A DNA stretch of 64,000 nt. Origin: Acidobacteriota bacterium. GTDB lineage: Bacteria > Acidobacteriota > UBA6911 > RPQK01 > JAJDTT01. The translations under genes were made by a program, and so were the position numbers. The stretch covers positions 5,760,001 through 5,824,000 of the forward strand of contig CBDCJH010000002.1 of assembly GCA_965217775.1 (NCBI GenBank). Reading direction: 5' to 3'. The notes below the pieces were generated by a model. It saw only the letters and a list, made by a program, of their open reading frames with translations. It searched no databases and was not told where the DNA came from. Shown in pieces: positions 48,272 to 58,025 of the stretch (its first letter is position 1; every line of letters begins with the position of its first letter).

Positions 48272-49588
48272 CTATTCGGCGGCAGGACCCTCGTTACGCC
48301 ACCAGCGGAATTCGTTGCTTCCGATCTCGGCGACGGCGGCCACGTCCAGGTCCCCGTCTCCATCCAGATCGGCCAGAATGACCATGTTGGCGCGTGGCCA
48401 CGAGGTCTTCAGGGAATGGGCCGGCCATCGCGAACGGGAAGTCCCGGGATTCTCGAGCCAGAGTATCTGCCCGGCGGTACCCCACGCCGTAGCCGCAACA
48501 TCCGGGTCGCCGTCGCCGTCCAGATCACCGGCCACGGCCTCAAAGGCGCCCGGAAGGGATTCGAGGATGGTGTGGCGGGGCCAAGGGCCGTCTCCCGGTG
48601 TGCCGTCGTTCTCGTACCAGACGACTCCGGAGTGGTCCTCCCCGCCCGGACTCGCTCCCATTCCCAGGGCCAGCACCAGATCCGGGTCGCCGTCGTTATC
48701 CATGTCCACCGGATTCCCGTGCATGGGCCGGCGTGCATCGGCGTCGATGAGGTGACGCTTCCAAGGCTGTGAGAGCGGATCGCCGCTGTTTTCGTACCAG
48801 AGGACCAGCCCGTCGCCGGCTGCCGTTCCCAAGAGGTCCTCGTCGCCGTCTCCATCCACGTCGGCCACGCGGATGCATCGAGTCTCCGCCACGTTCACGT
48901 CAATCAGGTGTTTGGGCCACTCCCGTCCCTCTTCATAGCAGAGCTGGGTCGGAGGACCGATGCACACGGTTCCCGGGTTCTCGAACCAGGCGAACTGGTT
49001 CCCCATCCTCCAGGAGGAGGCGGCCACGTCCGGGTCGCCGTCGGCGTCCAAATCCGAGATCGCGACGCTGTAGGCTCCCGCCAGGTTGGTGGTGATGACG
49101 TGCCGCTTCCACAGTTCCCGGCTCTCCGGATTCCCGGGGTTCTGGAACCAGAGAAGGTGGCCGTACAGATTTTTGACGATCACCACATCCGGGTGGGTAT
49201 CCTGGTTGACGTCGCCCACCATGTGCCGCTCCAACCGCTCCGGATCGTCCTTCTGGATGAAGCGCCGGCTGAAGGTCCCCGACCCGTCGTTCTCGAACCA
49301 GTAGAGGTCGTTGGCGGGAGTGTAATCGGCACTGGTCAGGTCCAGATCGCCGTCCTTGTCCAGGTCGGCGGCCCAGATGCCGTAGGGATAGGCGTAGCCG
49401 TCCATGATCAGGTGCTCGGTAAATCGAACCGGAGCCGGAGAGGAGGTGTCAACCGGGCCAACGCCTTTGGGAGCCTCCTCCGGCTGACAGGCCGCCAGGA
49501 CGCCGGACAAGACCAGCAGGCATCCAAGTCGGCGCCGGCTCTTGGCGCCGGTCCTGGGAACTCGAATCGGAATCGGGACGGATCTCAC
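48272..49588 (-). CDS. FG-GAP/VCBS repeat lipoprotein
   Basis: LAAC lipobox; repeated D(L/V)DGDGDxD and W.EN.G motifs. Confidence 0.88.
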   Translation of the reverse strand: MRSVPIPIRVPRTGAKSRRRLGCLLVLSGVLAACQPEEAPKGVGPVDTSSPAPVRFTEHLIMDGYAYPYGIWAADLDKDGDLDLTSADYTPANDLYWFENDGSGTFSRRFIQKDDPERLERHMVGDVNQDTHPDVVIVKNLYGHLLWFQNPGNPESRELWKRHVITTNLAGAYSVAISDLDADGDPDVAASSWRMGNQFAWFENPGTVCIGPPTQLCYEEGREWPKHLIDVNVAETRCIRVADVDGDGDEDLLGTAAGDGLVLWYENSGDPLSQPWKRHLIDADARRPMHGNPVDMDNDGDPDLVLALGMGASPGGEDHSGVVWYENDGTPGDGPWPRHTILESLPGAFEAVAGDLDGDGDPDVAATAWGTAGQILWLENPGTSRSRWPAHSLKTSWPRANMVILADLDGDGDLDVAAVAEIGSNEFRWWRNEGPAAE

Positions 49589-49670
49589 TGTGTGCCCTCC
49601 CGGGGTGGTCCGTGGAGACGATCGCCACGGACGGTCTGGTCAGGATAGCGCCCGGACGAGCCATTACCAA

Positions 49671-49767
49671 GTAGGGGCGGCCCTTGTGGCCGCCCTCCCT
49701 TGTGGCCGCCCTCCCCGGGGCCGAACAGTGAGGAGCGACAGAGGGCACCCACAAGGGGCGCCCCTGC
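49671..49767. repeat. GTAG-type REP doublet (REPIN-like)
   Basis: GTAGGGGCGGCCCTTGTGGCCGCCCT (49671-49696) and an inverted partner AGGGCACCCACAAGGGGCGCCCCTGC (49742-49767). Confidence 0.75.
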
Positions 49768-49943
49768 GTCGCGAGCCTCGTTCAAACCTGCTTCCCCTGT
49801 TCTACCGAACCCCAAGACAAATGGGGAAAGTCCTGTTCCGGGCTGATTGTGATCCGGTCACGGCTTTGCTATGATGCCGTGCGGTTGCCATATTCCCACT
49901 GCAGAATTTAAAATCCGACCGGAGTTTTCAAGGAGTCATTTCG

Positions 49944-50282
49944 ATGGAAGTTCACACGGAGCGGAAAGGCGGCGCCATGATCGCCAGGGCGGTGGGTCGT
50001 ATCGACGGCGCCAACGCGCGTGAGTTCGAAAATGCCCTCCATGCGACACTCGGCGAAAATGACAAGGCCTTGATTCTGGACATGCAGTCGCTCTCCTACG
50101 TCAGCAGCGCGGGCCTTCGTGTCATCCTGATGGCTGCAAAGATGCTCCAAAGGCGGGGCGGAAAATTCGTGGTCTGCTCACTCTCGGATTCCATAAACGA
50201 GGTCTTCGAGATCAGTGGCTTCAACCGGATCATCCCGACCCACGCGACCCGTTCCGAAGCGCTCGCCGCCCTCGGCGAGTAG
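49944..50282 (+). CDS. STAS domain anti-sigma factor antagonist (RsbV-like), copy 1
   Basis: GRID..NA, LSYVSSAGLR phospho-Ser motif, VFEISGF. Confidence 0.93.
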   Translation: MEVHTERKGGAMIARAVGRIDGANAREFENALHATLGENDKALILDMQSLSYVSSAGLRVILMAAKMLQRRGGKFVVCSLSDSINEVFEISGFNRIIPTHATRSEALAALGE

Positions 50283-50476
50283 GAAACCCTTGCGTAGACT
50301 GGATTCCGGAGACCCATCCGTCGGACAGGTGGCGACGACGTTGAATTACGAGTATATCTGACCCACATTCGTGCCCACTGCCGGGAGGTCGTCGCAGCTT
50401 ACGCTGCTGGGTCCCGGCGCGAGCAATGGATCATCGGAAATGGTAGGCGTACGGCAAAGTCTACGGGAGACCTGAC

Positions 50477-51667
50477 GTGGAACCGACGAAATTGGACCTG
50501 ATGAACCGTCCCTGCAAGATCCTGGTGGTGGACGACGAACCGGATCTTGAGCCGCTCATGCTTCAGCGCATGCGGCGGGCCATCCGCGCGGGCCAGTACA
50601 CCTTCGTGTTCGCCCGTAACGGTGTCGAAGCCCTGGATCGGCTGAACGAGGAACAGGACATCGACATGGTGCTGTCGGACATCAACATGCCTCAGATGGA
50701 CGGCCTCACCTTGTTGCAGCAGATCCCCAAGGTCGACCCCAACATCCGTTCCGTCATCATTTCGGCGTACGGCGACATGAAGAACATCCGTACGGCCATG
50801 AATCGGGGCGCCTTCGACTTCGTCACCAAGCCGCTGGATTTCAAGGACCTGCGAATCACCATCGAGCGGACGGTGCAACACATGTTGGAGTGGCGCGAGG
50901 CCCTGGCGTCGCGCGACAAGCTGGTAGCGCTGCAGAACGAGCTCAACGTTGCCAACCAGATGCAGCAATCCATTCTTCCCAGCCATTTCCCCAAGACCGC
51001 CGAATACGAAGTCTCCGCCAGCATGGAGGCGGCGCGGAATGTGGGCGGCGATTTCTTCGATGTCATCTACCTTCACGCAGGCCGGATCGGTCTGGCCATT
51101 GCAGACGTTTCGGACAAGGGCGTGCCCGCCGCTCTCTTCATGATGTCCAGCCGGACTCTGCTCAAGGGTGCCGCCATCGGAACTCTGTCACCGGGCCCGG
51201 TACTGCGGGAGGTCAATAACCTGCTGGACGAGGACAATGACGCCGGCATGTTCGTCACCGTTCTGTATGCGGTGTACGATCCAGCCACCGGGGAACTCAC
51301 CTATGCCAATGGTGGGCACAACTCCCCGCTCGTCGTCCATGCCGATGGCAGTTCGTCCCTGCTTCCCCTCACTGAGGGGATCGCCCTGGGCGTGATCCCC
51401 AATCTCGATTTCCTCGAGAACACCGTGGTCCTCTCACCCGGAGACACCGTGGTTTTCTACACGGACGGCGTCACCGAGGCGATGGACGACGACGGCCAGG
51501 AGTTCGGTACGAAGCGCCTTTTCAACATCTTCGCGGATGGCTCCCCCAATGATTCCCAAGAGGCCACCGAAGCCGTCTTCAAGGCAGTGAGAGACTTTGT
51601 CGGAGATACGCCGCAATCGGACGACATTACTTGCATGACGCTCTATCGCGGGGAGAGGGATCGTTGA
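50477..51667 (+). CDS. Response regulator receiver fused to SpoIIE/PP2C phosphatase (RsbU-like)
   Basis: ILVVDDE, SDINMP.MDG and FVTKP receiver motifs; VGGDFFD, IADVSDKG, YTDGVTE and DDIT phosphatase motifs. Confidence 0.95.
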   Translation: MEPTKLDLMNRPCKILVVDDEPDLEPLMLQRMRRAIRAGQYTFVFARNGVEALDRLNEEQDIDMVLSDINMPQMDGLTLLQQIPKVDPNIRSVIISAYGDMKNIRTAMNRGAFDFVTKPLDFKDLRITIERTVQHMLEWREALASRDKLVALQNELNVANQMQQSILPSHFPKTAEYEVSASMEAARNVGGDFFDVIYLHAGRIGLAIADVSDKGVPAALFMMSSRTLLKGAAIGTLSPGPVLREVNNLLDEDNDAGMFVTVLYAVYDPATGELTYANGGHNSPLVVHADGSSSLLPLTEGIALGVIPNLDFLENTVVLSPGDTVVFYTDGVTEAMDDDGQEFGTKRLFNIFADGSPNDSQEATEAVFKAVRDFVGDTPQSDDITCMTLYRGERDR

Positions 51668-52083
51668 GTGGGAAACTATCCCTGAAGGTCGAACCCAGAG
51701 CCGAAGAATTGGATACGATCACCGCCGCCGTGGAGGAATTCGGCGACGCCGAACAATGGCCTCCCGACCTGATCTTTCGGGTCAACCTGGTTATCGAGGA
51801 GGTGGGACTCAACATCATCAATCACGGGAGGACCGACGATCTTCATGAGATCGAGATCACTGTGACCTCGAAGCCGGAATCCCTCACCATCGAGATCGTG
51901 GACAATGGTCTCCCCTTCGATCCGCGAAAAGACGCGCCCGAGCCCGATGTCGACGCCGGGGTCGCGGAACGTCCCATAGGCGGTCTGGGTGTCTATCTGG
52001 TGCGCACCATGATGGACGAGTTGCGCTATCGCCGCGAGGGGGACAGAAACTATCTGACGCTGGTCAAAGGGCGAGTCGAGTGA
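51664..52083 (+). CDS. Anti-sigma factor / Ser kinase (RsbW-like HATPase_c), copy 1
   Basis: EE...NII.HG, DNG.PFDP and R.IGGLGVYLVR.MMD motifs; TTG start as in the paralog. Confidence 0.92.
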   Translation: MSGKLSLKVEPRAEELDTITAAVEEFGDAEQWPPDLIFRVNLVIEEVGLNIINHGRTDDLHEIEITVTSKPESLTIEIVDNGLPFDPRKDAPEPDVDAGVAERPIGGLGVYLVRTMMDELRYRREGDRNYLTLVKGRVE

Positions 52084-52260
52084 AGCGGAGGTCCGACTCG
52101 ACCACCAGGCTCCAAGCTGCCGGCTTCCAGTGTTCCACGGCGGCGCGACGGGTGGAACGGGCGGTCACCTTCGCGATAGCCTGAGGTCGTCAGCCCCGGC
52201 GAGAAACGCCCGCTGCTACGGGACACGCGAACGATCCGCTCGGTCGCGTATGGGTTTGCG

Positions 52261-53238
52261 ATGGACAGGGCCGCTGCCATGGAAACGCCGTCCGGCAAGG
52301 CCGCGACGGATGAGAACTTCCCCGTCGGCTCCTGGTTGTTGCCGGCGCACCTGCGACCCCATATCGCGACCTTCTATGCCTATGCCCGGGCGATCGACGA
52401 TATCGCCGACAATCCTGACCTGGGTCCGGACGAAAAGGTCGAGCGACTGCTCGGCTTCGCCAAAGCGGTGAGTGGCGTCGAAACAGCAGATCCCGCCTTT
52501 CGAAAAGCACACGAGATCCGCCGGAGCCTGGTTGCGACGCAGATAACGCATCGTCATTGCGTCGATCTGACGCGTGCGTTCATACAGGATGCGACCAAAC
52601 TGCGCTACGCCGACTGGAACGATCTGCTCGGCTACTGCGTCCTCTCGGCGGCGCCCGTGGGCCGGTACCTGGTCGATCTGCATGGTGAGTCGAAAGCTGC
52701 GTATCCGGCCAGCGATGCTCTTTGCAACGCTCTCCAGATCCTCAATCACCTGCAGGACTGCGGGGATGACTACAGGGCGTTGAACCGCGTCTATCTGCCC
52801 CAGAACTGGATGGCGGCAGCGGGCGCCGGGGTCGAGGCGCTCGGCCGGAAGCATTCAACGCCGGCACTCAGGCAAGTGTTGGATCGGTGCCTCGATGCAA
52901 CCGATAAGCTGTTGGAGTCGGCTGATCGATTGCCGATCCGGTTTCGCAACCTTCGTTTCGCCATGGAGACGGCCGCGATCTTCGCCATCGCCAAGAAGCT
53001 CGGTGCTGAGCTGCGCGGGCGGGACCCCCTGGCGGAACGAGTCGTGCTGACCAAGGTGCAGTATGCGGCCTGCATCCTACGCGGAGTCGGTCGGGTTCTG
53101 GACCGAAGGGTCTGGCGGCGGCGCCATCCGGCGGCGGCGCGCCCCTTGCAGTCCGTAGTGAAAGTCACGCGAGCACGGAGACCGGTCCTGCGCCCGCCGG
53201 ACAAGGCGCAACGGACGGAGCATACCGGGAGTCTGTGA
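52261..53238 (+). CDS. hpnC: Squalene synthase HpnC (C-terminus extended into a MITE)
   Basis: ENFPVGS.LLP, YAYAR..DDIAD, YC..SAAPVGR and ALQILNHLQD motifs. Confidence 0.92.
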   Translation: MDRAAAMETPSGKAATDENFPVGSWLLPAHLRPHIATFYAYARAIDDIADNPDLGPDEKVERLLGFAKAVSGVETADPAFRKAHEIRRSLVATQITHRHCVDLTRAFIQDATKLRYADWNDLLGYCVLSAAPVGRYLVDLHGESKAAYPASDALCNALQILNHLQDCGDDYRALNRVYLPQNWMAAAGAGVEALGRKHSTPALRQVLDRCLDATDKLLESADRLPIRFRNLRFAMETAAIFAIAKKLGAELRGRDPLAERVVLTKVQYAACILRGVGRVLDRRVWRRRHPAAARPLQSVVKVTRARRPVLRPPDKAQRTEHTGSL

Positions 53239-53307
53239 CCGAGTCGCAACGCAGGCCGCCGGGATGCAGGGACGGTCGAATGCCGTGACGACTCGCACCA
53301 CGGGCTG
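53149..53307 (+). mobile_element. MITE-like repeat copy 4 (diverged; overlaps hpnC 3' end)
   Basis: CAGTCCGTAGTGAAAGTC...GACTCGCACCACGGGCTG; flanks CTTG/CTAC are imperfect. Confidence 0.88.
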
Positions 53308-53341
53308 CTACCAAACCCATTAGCGCGTTGGCGCCGCATCG

Positions 53342-54271
53342 GTGTTCCGACATGACGAAATCAACCGCGGGAATTCTCTCGACGTGAGCACGGCATCCCG
53401 ATCTCATGCCGGTCCGGGCAGATGGTCGTGCGGTCAGGTCAAGCCCCGGGATCACGTGAATCGCGTCGTGGAACGATCAGGCACGTCGTTCCTGTGGGCC
53501 ATGAGGGCGCTCTCGGCGGAACGGCGCCGTGCAATCTATGCGATCTACGCGTTCTGCCGGGAAGTCGACGACATTGCCGACGAACCGGGAGAAAACGCTG
53601 ACAAGAGGCGAGCATTGGCGGCTTGGCGGGAAGAGATCGACCGACTCTATGCGGGGAAGCCGAAGGGGCCGACGACAAGAGCACTGTTGGAACCGGTTCG
53701 GCGATTCAACTTGCCTCGAGAGGAATTCCTCGCGGTGATCGACGGCATGGAAATCGATGCCAAGGCCACGGTTCGGATGCAGAACCTGGATGATTTGCTG
53801 CACTATTGCCGCAAGGTTGCGGGAGCCGTCGGAATCCTTTCCATCCATGCATTCGGCGTGCCGCGGAACCCGGGATTTCAAATCGCCGAGAAGCTCGGAA
53901 ACGCCCTGCAGCTGACCAACATCCTGCGCGACCTGAAAGAGGATGCGGCATTGCAGCGTCTCTACGTGCCTCTGGAACTGCTCAGCAAGCATGGTGTCGC
54001 CACCACCTCGTTGAACGCGGTTTTGGTCGATCCGGGCTTTAGCGGAGCCTGCGCCGAACTCGCCGGCCTCGCTCGCCGTTACTATTCCGAAACCGAGAGC
54101 CTGATTACGGAATTCGGATGGCGGAGGATTCGGCCTGCCGTTCTCATGATGGCGGTCTATCGAGAATTGCTCGACCGCCTCGAAGAACGGGGATGGACGC
54201 GAATCGATGTATCGATCCGGCTGACGCGGCTCCGGAAGATGCTGCTCGCTCTGCGTTACGGCCTTTGCTGA
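53342..54271 (+). CDS. hpnD: Presqualene diphosphate synthase HpnD
   Basis: SGTSF.WAMR, YAFCREVDDIAD, YC.KVAGAVG and ALQLTNILRD motifs; start uncertain. Confidence 0.92.
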   Translation: MFRHDEINRGNSLDVSTASRSHAGPGRWSCGQVKPRDHVNRVVERSGTSFLWAMRALSAERRRAIYAIYAFCREVDDIADEPGENADKRRALAAWREEIDRLYAGKPKGPTTRALLEPVRRFNLPREEFLAVIDGMEIDAKATVRMQNLDDLLHYCRKVAGAVGILSIHAFGVPRNPGFQIAEKLGNALQLTNILRDLKEDAALQRLYVPLELLSKHGVATTSLNAVLVDPGFSGACAELAGLARRYYSETESLITEFGWRRIRPAVLMMAVYRELLDRLEERGWTRIDVSIRLTRLRKMLLALRYGLC

Positions 54272-54283
54272 CGGACGTTCACC

Positions 54284-55561
54284 GTGCCCCGAACCCACAT
54301 CGTCGGTGCCGGCTTGGCGGGTCTTGCCGCCGCAGTGTCGTTGGTGCGCCACGGCCGGGAGGTGACGGTCTACGAAGCCAGTGGGCATGCGGGCGGCCGC
54401 TGCCGCTCATTCGTTGACGGCAAGCTCGATCGCACGATAGACAACGGCAACCATCTGCTGCTCAGCGGCAACCGGTCCGCGATGCGCTATCTGGCGGACA
54501 TCAAGGCCGCGGACTCCCTGATCGGCCCGGTCTCGGCCTGCTTTCCATTCCTGGATCTGCGCACGGGTCAGCGATGGCTATTGCGGCCGAACGCCGGGAG
54601 AGTTCCATGGTGGATACTGAATTCCAGGCGGCGCGTGCCGGACACAAAGGTCTGGAATTACCTTTCGGCGCTGCGGTTCGCCATGGCTGGAGCCGATACG
54701 ATTGTGACCGACTGCGTCGGCGACTCCGGAGTTCTGTTCGAGAGATTCTGGAGACCGCTGGCGGTGGGGGCATTGAATACTCCGGCTCGCGCCGGTGCGG
54801 CGCAGCTCTTGTGGTCCGTGTTGCGCGAGACCTTTGCCCAGGGAGAGGCGGCCTGCCGTCCGCGGATCGCGAAGGCGGGACTCTCCGCCGCCTTCGTCGA
54901 GCCGGCGCTGAAATTGCTGCAACAAAAGGGCGCAACGGTTCGGTTTGGCCACCGCTTACGCAGAATCAACTACCGGTGCCGCCGTGCGAGTGGTCTGGAC
55001 TTCGGATCGGAAAGAATAAAATTGCGAGATGGAGAGGCCGTGGTTCTGGCCGTTTCGCCGCCGGCTGCGGCGGAACTGGTGCCGGCGCTGGCCGTCCCCG
55101 AAGAGACCCACGCCATCGTCAACGTTCATTATCGCTTGACGGCACCGGCTGGCCTGCCGCCGGAGCTTCCCCTGCTGGGGCTGATCGGAGGGACCGCGCA
55201 GTGGCTCTTCGTTCGTGGTGACGTTGCTTCCATCACGGTCAGCGCGGCGGATGCCCTGGCGGCCGAGCCGTCCGGAAAGATTGCCCGCAAGGCCTGGAAC
55301 GACGTGGCGACGGCACTGGGCCATCAGCGGGAGAAAGTGCCGCCCTGTCGCATCGTCAAGGAGAAGCGCGCCACCTTTGCCCAGACGCCGGATCAGGTGA
55401 AGCGTCGTCCACAAACCAGAAGCGAGTTTACCAACCTGTATCTGGCGGGGGATTGGATCGATACGGGTCTGCCCGCAACCATCGAGAGCGCCGTTCGGTC
55501 CGGTCAAATGGCGGCTCGGGCCATAGCCGGAAATGGACCGACGACCACCGGTCGACTTTAG
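54284..55561 (+). CDS. hpnE: Hydroxysqualene dehydroxylase HpnE
   Basis: GAGLAGL FAD motif, GGRCRS, IDNGNHLLL, EKRATF and LAGDW..TGLPATIE.AV.SG motifs. Confidence 0.93.
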   Translation: MPRTHIVGAGLAGLAAAVSLVRHGREVTVYEASGHAGGRCRSFVDGKLDRTIDNGNHLLLSGNRSAMRYLADIKAADSLIGPVSACFPFLDLRTGQRWLLRPNAGRVPWWILNSRRRVPDTKVWNYLSALRFAMAGADTIVTDCVGDSGVLFERFWRPLAVGALNTPARAGAAQLLWSVLRETFAQGEAACRPRIAKAGLSAAFVEPALKLLQQKGATVRFGHRLRRINYRCRRASGLDFGSERIKLRDGEAVVLAVSPPAAAELVPALAVPEETHAIVNVHYRLTAPAGLPPELPLLGLIGGTAQWLFVRGDVASITVSAADALAAEPSGKIARKAWNDVATALGHQREKVPPCRIVKEKRATFAQTPDQVKRRPQTRSEFTNLYLAGDWIDTGLPATIESAVRSGQMAARAIAGNGPTTTGRL

Positions 55562-55754
55562 CCTGACCCAAAGTTCTCGCCAAGCCAGAAACGCTGCCTT
55601 CCCCATCAGCAGAATTCGGCGCCGCCCTGGATATCCCGGCGAGGATTTCCATCGGTTGGCGGTGCGGTAGTGGTTTTGCTTGGATGTCCACGGGTGGTAA
55701 TATCCCCGAAAAGTTGTCGGGAGGTTTCGGCCACAATATCCGGGAGTTAGAGCA

Positions 55755-56093
55755 ATGGAGGTTCAAGCCGAGCGGGAAGACGGGACCTTGATCGCACGGG
55801 CGGAGGGTCGTGTCGACGGCAACAATGCCCGCGAGCTCGAGGAGGCGCTCAATGCGGCAATCGGAGAAAACGATCGTCTCCTGATCATGGACTTGCAGGA
55901 TCTCTCCTACATCAGCAGCGCCGGCCTTCGAGTTTTTCTGATGATTGCCAAGAAGTTCCAGAGACGAGACGGGAAATTCGTGGTCTGCTCGCTCGCCGAA
56001 ACCATCAGCGAGGTTTTTGAGATCAGTGGTTTCAATAAGATCATCCCAACTCATACCTCCCGGGCCGACGCACTCGCCAGGCACGGTGGTTAG
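55755..56093 (+). CDS. STAS domain anti-sigma factor antagonist, copy 2
   Basis: 112 aa, colinear paralog of 49944-50282; LSYISSAGLR. Confidence 0.93.
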   Translation: MEVQAEREDGTLIARAEGRVDGNNARELEEALNAAIGENDRLLIMDLQDLSYISSAGLRVFLMIAKKFQRRDGKFVVCSLAETISEVFEISGFNKIIPTHTSRADALARHGG

Positions 56094-56253
56094 CAGCCCG
56101 TGGCAAAAGTCGTCACGGCATTCGACCGTCCCTGCATCGTGCGCGGACTGCGTTGCTATCGGCTCACATACTCCCGGTATGCTCCCTCCGTTGCGCCTTG
56201 TCCGGCGGGCGCAGGAACGGTCTCGGTGCTCGCGCGACTTTCACCACGGACTG
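56094..56253 (-). mobile_element. MITE-like repeat copy 5 (inverted)
   Basis: Reverse complement of the repeat; flanks TTAG/TCAG; the left flank includes the STAS stop codon. Confidence 0.9.
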
Positions 56254-56424
56254 TCAGAATCTCACCGCGGAGACCCGTTTTGGTGCCGGTCGAGTCTTCT
56301 GCATTTCGCCGTCGGGGCACACTTGATGACGAGCAATATTCGAAGCGGAAGGGGATTGCGTTGGTGACAAGGCGCAGTCGTCCGTTTTCTCCTGCATGAC
56401 GTTCCTTCGGAGCGAGAGGCATCG

Positions 56425-56844
56425 TTGAGCCGGAAGCTGTCCCTGGAGATCGAACCCAGCGTCGAAGAACTGAGTACGATTACGGCCGCCGTAGAGCAGT
56501 TCGGGGACGCGGAGCAATGGCCGCCCGACCTGGTCTTTCAAATCAATCTGGTGATCGAAGAGCTGGGACTCAACATCATGACCCACGGGATGAGCGAGGA
56601 TCTCGAGAAGATCGAGATCACGCTGACCGTGGAAGGGGAATCCCTCACCATCGAAATCGTGGACAATGGTCGTCCCTTCGATCCGACCAGCGATGCTCCC
56701 GAGCCCGACCTGGATTCCGGCATAGGGGAACGTAGTATCGGCGGACTCGGTGTCCATATCGTACGCAGCTTGATGGACAGCTTGTGCTACCGGCGTCAGG
56801 GGGGGAGAAATCATGTGACTCTGGTCAAGGAGCGGGTCCGATGA
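56425..56844 (+). CDS. Anti-sigma factor / Ser kinase (RsbW-like), copy 2
   Basis: Colinear paralog of 51664-52083. Confidence 0.92.
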   Translation: MSRKLSLEIEPSVEELSTITAAVEQFGDAEQWPPDLVFQINLVIEELGLNIMTHGMSEDLEKIEITLTVEGESLTIEIVDNGRPFDPTSDAPEPDLDSGIGERSIGGLGVHIVRSLMDSLCYRRQGGRNHVTLVKERVR

Positions 56845-58025
56845 AGCGATCGTCCCGCCGGCTGGCCGCTCTTTTCGTGCTCGTAATTCCTTGGCTATTG
56901 ACGGCAATGCCGGTGCCGGCGCAGCAACCCGGTGTTTCCGACGAACGCATTCTTTTCGGACAGTCCGCCGCCTTCAGCGGTCCTGCCCAAGAGTTGGGGA
57001 AAAGCATGCGCGTCGGGATCGAGGCCGCCTTCCACGAAGTCAACCGGGCGGGCGGCGTCCACGGCCGGCGGTTGGAGTTGAAGTGGCTGGACGACGTCTA
57101 CGAGCCGGAAGCCGCCGTCGCCAATACTCTTGCTCTGATCAGGGAACAAGAGGTTTTCGCTCTCATCGGCGCTGTCGGCACACCGACTTCGCGCGCGGCG
57201 GTTCCGGTTGCCGCGGACGCGGGTGTGCCCTATATCGCCCCGTTCACGGGTGCCGCGTTCCTGCGCGATGCCAAATGGAGCAACGTCATCAACCTCCGAG
57301 CCTCCTACAACCAGGAGACAGAGGAAATGGTGGCCCGGTTGACCGAGGACATGGGCATCAAGCGGATCGCCGTGCTGTACCAGGACGATTCCTTCGGTCG
57401 AGCCGGATACCGCGGAGTGCGGACCGCACTCGACCGGAGAAAGATGACGCCGGTGGCCATCGGACTGTATCCTCGCAATACCCTGGCAGTGAAAATGGCT
57501 CTCCTGGATGTGAACGAGGGGGACCCCAAAGCCGTAATTCTCATCGGAGCGTACAAACCTCTCGCCACGTTCATCTCGTGGGCGCGGTTTTCGGGTCTGC
57601 ATGCCGTATTCATGAACATCTCCTTCGTGGGCAGCAACGCATTGGCGCAAGAGCTTGGATCCGGCGGCGCCGGTGTCTATGTCACTCAGGTCGTTCCCTT
57701 TCCGACCGACAGATCTCTTCCCATCGTCCTCGACTACCATCGCGCCCTGTCCGCCTACGCATCCGGCACGGTTCCCGGGTTTATCTCCTTCGAAGGCTAT
57801 CTGGCCGGACGCCTGGCCATTGCCGGCCTGAAGAGTTGTGGGCGTGAGGTCAGCCGCACCCATTTTCTGGACGGTTTTCGCCAAGCCGGAATGATCGATC
57901 TCGGCGGGTTTCGACTTCGATTCGGGAATCAGGACAACCAGGGGTCGGACGCTGTTTTTCTGACCGTGATCGGTCGTGACGGTCGATATCGTCCGATCAG
58001 CTCACTGCTGGAAGCGGCGCCGTGA
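56841..58025 (+). CDS. Periplasmic substrate-binding protein (type I, LivJ-like), no cognate permease in the window
   Basis: Signal peptide; GQSAAFSGP, N..GGVHGR.LE...DD.Y.P, GTP and YQDDSFG motifs. Confidence 0.9.
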   Translation: MKRSSRRLAALFVLVIPWLLTAMPVPAQQPGVSDERILFGQSAAFSGPAQELGKSMRVGIEAAFHEVNRAGGVHGRRLELKWLDDVYEPEAAVANTLALIREQEVFALIGAVGTPTSRAAVPVAADAGVPYIAPFTGAAFLRDAKWSNVINLRASYNQETEEMVARLTEDMGIKRIAVLYQDDSFGRAGYRGVRTALDRRKMTPVAIGLYPRNTLAVKMALLDVNEGDPKAVILIGAYKPLATFISWARFSGLHAVFMNISFVGSNALAQELGSGGAGVYVTQVVPFPTDRSLPIVLDYHRALSAYASGTVPGFISFEGYLAGRLAIAGLKSCGREVSRTHFLDGFRQAGMIDLGGFRLRFGNQDNQGSDAVFLTVIGRDGRYRPISSLLEAAP

